Assembly (NCBI RefSeq): GCF_002113885.1
Contig: NW_018404085.1
Location: 155,761-219,760 of the forward strand
DNA length: 64,000 nt
Source: Mizuhopecten yessoensis
Taxonomy: Eukaryota
Direction: 5' to 3'
The first letter of the stretch is position 1, and the number at the start of each line of letters is the position of its first letter. Under the pieces are notes generated by a model. It was not told the origin of the DNA, did no database searches, and saw nothing but the letters and a program-made list of their open reading frames with translations. Positions 26,637 through 37,800 of the stretch are shown here, piece after piece. The position numbers and the translations under genes were made by a program.

Positions 26637-29600
26637 ATGGCCGAATCAACCCCGGACGGTTTCAATGTCGTAATAGCTGTGGATGGGAGTGATTATGCCA
26701 AGTTTGCATTCGATTGTAAGTATAGTATCTTTTACAAGACATAAACCGCAGGATATGGACCTATGTAGCACTGGGCTGTATTCTGGGATACAACCCAGTG
26801 CTACATAGGTCCATATCCTGCATAAATGGACATGGGATGATTTAATGTTAGAGATTGGTAAAAGATTTTATACGATATGTGTTATACTTTAAAATCTTGA
26901 CAAATTAAATGTTAAACAATAATGTTTTGGTTAATACAAAATTTACCTTTTTAAGGAACACGTATTCAATTGTAAATGCTGTAAATATATCTAACAATCA
27001 GTCTTATTCTCCGATATATGACCTTATAGAATGCTGCATAGACACTGTTCAGCTGGCTGGTCTGTTTTCATGTAAAGCCAGAATATTGGCGCGAATATAT
27101 AGATATCCATATTATATATATACCTTATAGTGTATAGCGTACGAAGCTTTCATGATAATTCTACCAAACTTTCGATAGTGATGTTATAAATAGGAAACTG
27201 AGGAGCGAATACACAGGAGGCTGCCGTATTGAATACTTTCTAATTATTATCTATAGAAGTCAATACAGGTAGTTAGCCCACCTGCAGCTATATATCTACC
27301 TCCGTTAGCGAGACCCGTCGTCGCAGCAAATTATAGTTATCAATATTATATGACAATGATAAATTCCTCCGATGAAAGTATTATATGCCGATGTTAATCC
27401 ACAATCACCAGGAGACACATGCCAGTAAATATCAGGCATGACGTAATATAAAGTTTCTTCAAATAAATGATCTTCACCTACTTTAAAAGTCACAGGGTCA
27501 AATATGTTAATACCGTAAACAACTTCTTTTGCAATACCAGGAGGCTCTGGGTGATGATATTTGACCAGTAGCATGCTGGTATAGAAGTATAAAGTTTCAT
27601 TTACTCTGGAATATTCGTCAGACAAGGAGAGTCAATGTATGGAAATATTTGCCAAATACCTTTTATTGAGAATAATTTCAATTGGCAGTTAAATATCCAG
27701 ATGAGTCATACAGGCCCTCTGGGCCTCTTGTTTTCGTTTTGGTTACCATCGAAATTCAATGGGTTGTGCTCTCTTACCGTTCTCTTTAAAGAAGATGTTG
27801 TTGAACGTGAAACCCATGGATATCGAACATAATGCATGTGAACTATCATGAATATTACTACAAAACATAAAACAAATGATCTGCCACGAGTAAAACACTT
27901 TGATTGTGAAGGATCTGTTAGAATACGATTGAAATATGACAAATATGTGTATTGATCATGTTACACATGGAATATTTGGAATAATTCCTGCAGTTACATT
28001 TCCTGTCAACATGTTTCCGTGGTGCCATGTACTGCACGTATTGGTGTTACAGGGTACGTGAAGAACCTCCATCGTCCCGAATTTCATATTGTATTAGTAC
28101 ATGTGATGAGTCTTGAGAGTGCCGTCCACAACGCCGAGTGGTACAAACCTAATGGTAAGTACTTACTTACACCGTGGTCAGTTAACAATATACGTAGTGG
28201 TACGTTGTGTAGATCCAGTGGTAAGTTTGTTCTAAACCTGGTGTTAAGTTTAGTAAGTATGTCACAATACACATGTTTAGTAAGTATGTCACAATTCACA
28301 TGTTCAGTAAGAATGTCACAATACACATATTCATTAAGTAGGTCGTAAAACATATGTTTAGTAAGTATGTCACAAAAACATGTTTAGTAAGTGTGTCACA
28401 AAACATATGATTAGTAAGTATGTCACAAAAACATGTTTAGTAAGTGTGTCACAAAACATATGTTTAGTAAGTAAGTCACAATACACATGGGCAGTAAGTA
28501 TGTCACAATTCACATGTTCAGTAAGAATGTCACAATACACATGTTTAGTAAATATGTCACATTACACATGTTCAGTAAGTATGTCACAATACACATGTTC
28601 AGTAAGTATGTCACAAAACATGTGTTTAGTAAGTATGTCACAATACACATGTTTAGTAAGTGTGTCACAATACACATGTTCAGTAAGTATGTCACAATAC
28701 ACATGTTTAGTAAGTATGTCACAATACACATGTTCAGGAAGTATGTCACTAAAACATATTTAGTAAGTATGTCACAATACACATGTTCAGGAAGTATGTC
28801 ACTAAAACATGTTTAGTAAGTATGTCACAATACACATGTTCAGTAAGTATGTCACAAAACATATGTTTAGTAAGTAAGTCACAATACACATGTTTAGTAA
28901 GTGTGTCACAATACACATGTTTAGTAAGTGTGTCACAAAACATATGTTTAGTAAGTATGTCACAATACACATGTTTAGTAAGTATTTCACAAGACACATG
29001 TTCAGGAAGTATGTCACTAAAACATATTTAGTAAGTATGTCACAATACACATGTTCAGGAAGTATGTCACTAAAACATGTTTAGTAAGTATGTCACAATA
29101 CACATGTTCAGTAAGTATGTCACAAAACATATGTTTAGTAAGTATGTCACAATACACATGTTCACTAAGAATGTCACAAAACATATGTTTAGTAAGTATG
29201 TCACAATGCACATGTTTAGTAAGTGTGTCACAATACACATGTTCAGTAAGTATGTCACAATACACATGTTTAGTAAGTATTTCACAAGACACATGTTCAG
29301 GAAGTATGTCACTAAAACATATTTAGTAAGTATGTAACAATACACATGTTTAGAAAGTATTTCACAAGACACATGTTCAGGTAGTATGTCACTAAAACAC
29401 ATTTAGTAAGTATGTCACAATACTCTTGTTTAGTAAGTATTTCACAAGACACATGTTCAAGAAGTATGTCACTAAAACACATTTAGTAAGTATGTCACAA
29501 AACATATGTTTAGTAAGTATGTCACAATACACATGTTTAGTAAGTGTGTCACAATACACATGTTCAGTAAGTGTGTCACAATACACATGTTTAGTAAATA

Positions 29601-32268
29601 TGCCACAAAACATATGTTTAGTAAGTGTGTCACAATACACATGTTCAGTAAGTATATCACAATACACATGTTTAGTAAGTATGTCACAAACACATGTTTA
29701 GTAAGTACGTAAAATTGTAATACAGAAGAGATATATTGCGATATGTATCCCGATATATTTGCAAGGTTTAAAACATAGCAGTTGCATGAAAATAAGTTTT
29801 GAAGAATATTGCGATGCAGCGATGTTTTGTATTTGTATTTCGATAACGATTTGTCTGTATTTGAAATACCTATCGGTCCTTCTCTATGTACAGCGTTAAC
29901 TACATGTAAAGTGTTACCTGTAAGTGTTTCTTCTCTATGTACAGCGTTAACTACATGTAAAGTGTTACCTGTAAGTGTTCCTTCTCTATGTACAGCGTTA
30001 ACTACATGTAAAGTATTACCTGTAAGTGTTCCTTCTCTATGTACAGCGTTAACTACATGTAAAGTGTTACCTGTAAGTGTTCCTTCTCTAGGTACAGCGT
30101 TAACTACATGTAAAGTGTTACCTGTAAGTGTTCCTTCTCTATGTACAGCGTTAACTACATGTAAAGTGTTACCTGTAAGTGTTCCTTCTCTATGTACAGC
30201 GTTAACTACATGTAAAGTGTTACCTGTAAGTGTTCCTTCTCTATGTACAGCGTTAACTACATGTAAAGTGTTACCTGTAAGTGTTCCTTCTCTATGTACA
30301 GCGTTAACTACATGTAAAGTGTTACCTGTAAGTGTTCCTTCTCTATGTACAGCGTTAACTACATGTAAAGTGTTACCTGTAAGTGTTCCTTCTCTATGTA
30401 CAGCGTTAACTACATGTAAAGTGTTACCTGTAAGTGTTCCTTCTCTATGTACAGCGTTAACTACATGTAAAGTGTTACCTGTAAGTGTTCCTTCTCTATG
30501 TACAGCGTTAACTACATGTAAAGTGTTACCTGTAAGTGTTCCTTCTCTATGTACAGCGTTAACTACATGTAAAGTGTTACCTGTAAGTGTTCCTTCTCTA
30601 TGTACAGCGTTAACTACATGTAAAGTGTTACCTGTAAGTGTTCCTTCTCTATGTACAGCGTTAACTACATGTAAAGTGTTACCTGTAAGTGTTCCTTCTC
30701 TATGTACAGCGTTAACTACATGTAAAGTGTTACCTGTAAGTGTTCCTTCTCTATGTACAGCGTTAACTACATGTAAAGTGTTACCTGTAAGTGTTCCTTC
30801 TCTATGTACAGCGTTAACTACATGTAAAGTGTTACCTGTAAGTGTTCCTTCTCTATGTACAGCGTTAACTACATGTAAAGTGTTACCTGTAAGTGTTCCT
30901 TCTCTATGTACAGCGTTAACTACATGTAAAGTGTTACCTGTAAGTGTTCCTTCTCTATGTACAGCGTTAACTACATGTAAAGTGTTACCTGTAAGTGTTC
31001 CTTCTCTATGTACAGCGTTAACTACATGTAAAGTGTTACCTGTAAGTGTTCCTTCTCTATGTACAGCGTTAACTACATGTAAAGTGTTACCTGTAAGTGT
31101 TCCTTCTCTATGTACAGCGTTAACTACATGTAAAGTGTTACCTGTAAGTGTTCCTTCTCTATGTACAGCGTTAACTACATGTAAAGTGTTACCTGTAAGT
31201 GTTCCTTCTCTATGTACAGCGTTAACTACATGTAAAGTGTTACCTGTAAGTGTTCCTTCTCTATGTACAGCGTTAACTGCATGTAAAGTGTTACCTGTAA
31301 GTGTTCCTTCTCTATGTACAGCGTTACCTACATGTAAAGTGTTACCTGTAAGTGTCCCTTCTCTATGTACAGCGTTAACTGCATGTAAAGTGGTACCTGT
31401 AAGTGTTCCTTCTCTATGTACACCGTTAACTACATGTAAAGTGTTACCTGTACGCGTTCCTTCTCTATGTACAGCGTTAACTACATGGAAAGTGTTACCT
31501 GTAAGTGTTCCTTCACTATGTACAGCGTTAACTACATGTAAAGTGTTACCTGTACGTGTTCCTTCTCTATGTACAGCGTTAACTTCATGTAAAGTGTTAC
31601 CTGTACGTGTTCCTTCTCTATTTGCAGCGTCCCCGCACGGATATGATACAGTTCTTCTCAAGAAGCTAATAGAGGAGGAAAAGGAAAGGATAAAGGACAA
31701 ACTGGAGGTGTTTGGTGAAATGTTGAAGCGCGTAGGGGTAGGTGATGCTAGTTATAGGCTACATGTTGATATTGCTACATACTATTTTACACGTACATTT
31801 GAATGTGTACATTTCATGATAATATAGCGTTGACTTATGTTTCGTTGACTGTAGATAAGTATATATTACTGTATGGATGAACAGTATATTTTCTTAAATC
31901 TGTGTATATTGCCTAACAAAAACGTATTTTTGAACATTTCACTCATGTATAATTTAATAAGCCAAATATTATTTATTGCACAACAACAGAAAACCGTTAT
32001 TGATATGTATTAAATTTCTATGTTCAATATCCAGATAGAGGGGACTGTCAAAAGTATCCACGCTGAAAAACCTGGTGTTGGCATCATACAAGCTGCTGAA
32101 CAATGTAATGCAAAGATGATCGTGACCGGATGTAGGGGGCTTGGGAAAGTGCGCAGGACAATCATGGGAAGCGTCAGTGACTACATCGTTCATCATTCAA
32201 TGGTACCGACAATGGTTTGTCGACATTCAGACGATGATCATAAACATGCTCAACAATCCAAATCGTAG
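26637..32268 (+). CDS. Universal stress protein A-like (USP copy 2), 174 aa, 4 coding exons
   Basis: Exons 26637-26715, 28053-28154, 31628-31737, 32035-32268; phases 1,1,0. MAESTPDGFNVVIAVDGSDYAKFAFDWYVKNLHRPEFHIVLVHV...MIVTGCRGLGKVRRTIMGSVSDYIVHHSMVPTMVCRHSDDDHKHAQQSKS*. Confidence 0.95.
26748..26821. repeat. 74-bp near-perfect hairpin (28-bp perfect arms) in USP2 intron 1
   Basis: GCAGGATATGGACCTATGTAGCACTGGG ... CCCAGTGCTACATAGGTCCATATCCTGC. Confidence 0.9.
27305..27732. mobile_element. Non-autonomous Helentron/Pearl-like element typical of bivalves
   Basis: Ends CAGATGAGTCATACAGGCCCTCTGGGCCTCTTGTT with a subterminal palindrome; family recognised from memory. Confidence 0.55.
28248..29710. 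repeat. 27-bp satellite, ~54 copies, 5' half of USP2 intron 2
   Basis: Unit TTAGTAAGTATGTCACAATACACATGT, with 26-bp variants. Confidence 0.97.
29876..31630 (+). repeat. 51-bp tandem repeat, 34 copies, derived from the USP2 exon 3 splice acceptor
   Basis: Unit CGTTAACTACATGTAAAGTGTTACCTGTAAGTGTTCCTTCTCTATGTACAG; first AG ends at 29893, true acceptor AG ends at 31627, distance 1734 = 34 x 51. Confidence 0.97.
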
Positions 32269-34891
32269 CATGTTTGATAAAATGAAGGGGTTTTAATCAG
32301 TAGTAATATAGCAATTCGTAATATCTGTATAAGATGCTTTATGTAAACTATTATACGCAACAAGACACGTCATCGTTAGCAACGACACCGCAGAATTCTA
32401 GCTAAATGTTTAAATTCCTGTTTATTTTGATACTATCTTCCATTTCATTAGTGTATACTATTATACATAACGTGCATCGTATACACTTTATATCTCCTAT
32501 ACAATGAATTGTTAAACTCATTATCCAAGTTTACCTTATTTCTATTTCCTTTTTTTTAAATTGATGCGCCTAAGTATCACGATGAACAAACCAGTTGCCA
32601 ATGAGACGAACTGGCGTCTGTAGTCCCAGCATCATTCTCACTCTTATACACATATCAGATTGTAAGTGCGTACCCTACTATTTCGAAAATAAAACTGACT
32701 TGCTTTTATGTTTAGTCACATAGGAATAATTGATCGAAAGGTTCGTTGTGTATAACGTACGGTTCAGCAGTAAACACGTACACTGTCTGACAAAACGTTT
32801 CGTTACATTGTAGTTTAAACGGTTGATCACAATACTGTACAGTATAATAGGTACTTATTCAAAAGTAGAGTGATGCGGAACCAGTTTGACAGCAAAGCCG
32901 CCTGTCGAGACAATTCATGTTAATGTCTTTAAAATACGTTGATAAATAGACATCCTTCACAAAATTAAACCCGGCCTCGAAAATAATCTATGGTTGCCTT
33001 ACTATGAAGTCATCGTTTTCGAGGTTTTAGAGTATTATGGTAGTAATATGTATATATATGATAGATAAATGAAGGTGAATGTGTTCAAATATTTATGTTT
33101 GTTGTATGTAAACACTAGACCTACAACGATAACTGAATAAATGTTTTTCCACCTTCAGCGGTAGTTTCTTATTTTTCGTTGTGCTTAAACATTCGTGTAC
33201 CTTGTTCATGTTTATGAATTGATAAATGTAGTGGAAAATTTTATGAGATGAGAAAATGCGCTCATCAAAAACTCCTTTACTACAGAAAAGAAAACAGGGT
33301 TACTTATATTTAACCACGAAAGCTATAATCCGTCTGGTAATTGATTTGTATTTTACTTTTGAAATGTCCGATGTGTAGTCGGTGCATTGAAAAAAAATCC
33401 AGGAACACGAAACATTTGAAAACTTCCCAATTCCCAACATAAAATTTCGTCATCGTCGAAACGCTTAGCTTATCTCCAGTCTAGTGTCACGAGGTCATGA
33501 AGTGCGCGGGTCGACATTTTTTCCACCTGCATTGCTGACGTTACATACCAGACAAATTATGCAGTTAAACTCCAATTGACCTGCAAAATGTTGCATTTAA
33601 ATCGGTGTGGACCGTAAATGCCACGACATAGACAATATCACAGCATAAGTTACTGCCATGTTAATCTCATAGTACGTAAGTATACCACTACTGTCCTTGG
33701 ATATTAGCCTTATCATTATGTTATCTACTCCAACAATGTTAGAGGTTTTACACGGCGAAAATCTTTTGACAGGCGCCGCAGTCGGCAAAATCATATCCGA
33801 TAGAAAAAGGACCGACCAGCGGCCTCTCATGTTATGGGAGTATATGTCATCTAGCTAATTAACGTCGGGCAATACTGAGCATATTTACCAGTTTGACCAT
33901 TTGAGAAATATGTACTACCATGAATAAACTGAATTGTATAGATATAGAAATCTATTTCTGAATGTAAAATGTGGGGGTCTACCCAAATTTACATTCATGT
34001 TGGTGATAATTTGGCATTTGAATATATGATTTCTTGCACATGTTTATTTAAAGTTGGTTAACATACACAATATGGGGTTTGTAATCAAACGTCCAATCTC
34101 ACCTCTCTTCTCTCAATACAACATTTCAAAACAAAATGGTAAATGATAAACAACACATGGTGGTCTAGCGGATGTATATAATATATATTGTATGTGTAAA
34201 CAATTTTTTAGATAAAAGCTGATCATTAAAACGTGAACTAATGCTGTAGTGTAACTAGGAAGGGTGTATTACAGATATAGAACGTCAGCTGAGAGTGAGA
34301 ATACATTTCCGGACTAAGTGTCTTCTATATATGGAAAGTGTGGCCGATGTGGACTGTATACATTGGTAATTAAGCCATACAAATTAACATAACAATATAA
34401 GATAATTTCTTCTTATATGTATTCTTCTCGAAATAAACCCACTTATATTTAGTAGTGTCAATATCAACCTCGACCGGAACAGATTTTCATTTAACGTTAT
34501 ATTTTGAAAAAATGATTTCCCTTGAAATCCACATTCATTTCTTGCAAAGCCATTTGTTTTTATGAGGTCATGTGCATTGGAATATGCATGCCCCGCGGCG
34601 AGATTACATGTGCCAGTTGTTAGGTAGAATTTACATCAAAACAATAACACAATTTACAATCATTTAGTGTTTTATACGACCGAAGGTGGATAAATATAAC
34701 AAATTACCAAGATATCACACGAGCAGACGACAGCTCGATGAAGTAAAAACTTGCCTGGAGAGTATAGTAGTACACTAATAACAGCAGTCTGTGTAATTTA
34801 CCCAGCAGGGCGCTGAGTGATATTTACGTATATACTCGACGGAGTGGCAACACCATTCACCAGGAACATCACGTATACTTCAGGACACACC

Positions 34892-37800
34892 ATGGAGGAG
34901 GAAAAGTTCAATGTGTTGATCGCCATGGACGAAAGTGAACATGCCAAATATGCATTCAATTGTAAGTAGTGTTACATATTGCATGTGCTTGGGCGTCTAA
35001 CGTTAATTGTATTATGATACCAGTGGCGGATCCAGAGGATTTTTTGGGCTTCAGGAACCCCCACCCCCACCCTGAAAGGTTTCTTTAAAAATCACGTATT
35101 TTCACCTTTTTCCTCAATTTTCCCCCACTTGGAAATACCCCCNNNNNNNNNNNNNNNNNNNNNNNNNNNNNNNNNNNNNNNNNNNNNNNNNNNNNNNNNN
35201 NNNNNCCCCCCTTTGAAATTTGGACCCAACCACCCAATATAGGTCTCTGGATCCGCCACTGGATACTGAAGACTAGAGCTGTAATGTTTCCGTTAAGGAT
35301 GCTATACCATACCACAATGTATGTACATCGCTGTAGGATGAGTAGATAATAATCACAAGACAGTGTAACGTTTTCAGACAAGCAGTACATCGTACGCTCT
35401 TTAACACTGACAAACAATCAAATACTACGCTATGTACACGGTATCATTTACTGTTTAAGGAGGAGACACTCGAACAGAAATCTACTCACATTGACAACCC
35501 CCACAGTTACATGTAAACAAACATTTACTTCTGCAAATGTTCCTATAGGTTTCCTAGTAAATAGTATATTTTTGACAACTTAAATACTTTAAGATTTCCA
35601 TGGTGTATGATAAAACGAGAGATACCTTAGTAATACAAGTCTACATAAATATAAATAACAGAAAAGATAAAAAGGAACCATGTTCAGGTGAATATCTTGT
35701 TTAACTCGTTACAGTCGAGACGATCATATACGACTCTTGAGTCTGCGTACGTAGCTGAAATATTTCATTTGATAATTATTTTCATCCTGATGCGACCGTG
35801 TTACCACCTGTATAATAAGTGTTTACGTCATACTAGTGATGTCTTATACCCATGCCAGAGCCTAGACGATAACCGTACAAGGCGGTGATTTAGGAAGAAA
35901 TCGACTACATGCATGGTGTCGTCACACACAATGGAGAAATCAAACGTTCATCAAATACACACTGCTATGTACATCAATATACGTATTATTGATAGTAACA
36001 TCCACCACATAACTGGCTTCATAAAACACATATAGAACACATATTTGAGATAGTACTAAAATGAACCCCATCTGTAAAATGTATTTCCAAATTTCGGGAA
36101 TGCTTGAGAACTAACAGAACGACTTACACTGGAGTTCCGGAAACCAATTTACGCTAGACAATGCTATTTACAATACTGCCGTTTGTACATGACATGTGTT
36201 TCGAATTGATTTTCACTATAGATTACATGGAGCAGATCCACAACCCGAAGTTCAGTATCGTGATGGTACACGTGGTAGGATTGCCCGACTCGCTACACAA
36301 GAAAGAGTGGTATACGAGTAAGTACATGTACGTACCTGTAGTAGCTAGTCACAGGATCGGTAGTTCAGGTATAGTGTGAATGGTTGAGATTTCAGGAGTT
36401 CTCCGTGCTCTTTTGTATCATTTTACCATGTTTTTGCCAGCTTTATTGAAATGTGTAATTGTTTTTAATTTTACAGCATACAAAGTTATAAATTATTTAC
36501 ACATCCGTGTCCTATGGAGTTAATTTGTTAACAAAACTGACAGGTTGGCAAATAGAAAAAGAAAGGGAGAATACAGAACTGAAAACAAAACCGTTACTCG
36601 AACTAAAAATCGAAATAACAGGGAAATGTTAACAAAAGATAGATTTACACGTAAAGGAATTGAGACAGCAGAAGGAGAATAAGACCATGAGTGTTCCAGA
36701 AGGGTAGGTTGCCCTAATGACGACACCCGCCACGTAAATATAGGTCAAATCAAGGTCGCGTCACGTCCTCAAAGAGCACCCCGGGGTAGACACCATGACA
36801 ACCAAGTCGCAGGGCGTCACACTTTATGTTACACCATGGACACTTAATCGGCCGTATTACTTTGACAACAAATTAACTACAGTTACAAGGAGGGAAGCGG
36901 TAACTATTTCGGGCAAATCCAGAAAAAAATCCCGAACGAAAAACTCCATGTATTGCTTCGGGAACACTAGACCTATTCTGGACGATTCAGTGTAAACCAA
37001 TGTGTACAGAAGAAAACCTTATAATCGATCTGGCTGTTGCCTTGGTGATGCTGTAAAAGCGTTATTATAGTGTAACAGAGCGGCGATAGTTTGGTGGTTA
37101 TATTGATAAATACACAACGATACGCATTACTGCAGCGGCCTAATGGTTGCTTGACATGTGTTATTGCTCACACAGTTCTACAATATTTCCCTTGGCTAAC
37201 AGTATAGTGATACATCATTAGTCCGGACACGGCATTTACGGAATACAGAACGTACATTTATTGATTATTTGTTTAGGGGTTTACATCCTTGCAACAACTA
37301 AGATCAGATAAAGACAGTGTCCCGAGAAAGTGTCATCTTACGTAAATGTCATCACCGGTAGATGGTACGTGACAATCCGTCCAGTAACAATGCCACGACA
37401 ACGGGTGACCGGAAGAGCCTCTCTCTTTCGAGTACGAGTAACTAGCCGTGCTGCAATGTTCTGAACCCTCGGCAGACGACTAGTTAGTTTGTCAGATATA
37501 CCACAGAGCAGGGCGTTACCATAATCCAACCGAGAGGTAACAAGTGAATGCACCAAAATCTTGCATGCATCTGCAGTTAGAAACTGCCGAATACAGCCGA
37601 TGTTCCTGATCTGGTAGTAACAGGATTTGGCAATAGCGTTCACTTGTTTTTCCATGTTCAGAGAACTGTCAAAGTATACCCCTAGGTTTTTAACAGCTGC
37701 AACAGTCTCAATAGTTCTGACACCAACCTTGAGCTGGAGAGCCATTGCTTGCTGACACTTTGGGGAAAAGACGATTAGTTCCGTCTTTTCCTGATTAAGT

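Noticed and set aside
28380-29712. Numerous 64-127 aa ORFs on both strands
   Set aside because: Artefacts of the 27-bp satellite.
29472-31700. 742-aa minus-strand ORF (HREGTLTGNTLHVVNAV)n
   Set aside because: Antisense read of a stop-free 51-bp repeat; no independent gene evidence.
29809-31827. 672-aa plus-strand ORF as a standalone gene
   Set aside because: It starts at a non-ATG codon and is the repeat running into USP2 exon 3; it is relevant only as a possible splice-extended isoform.
36530-36760. Possible Penelope-like repeat remnant
   Set aside because: Resemblance is from memory only; no ORF or terminal structure is visible.
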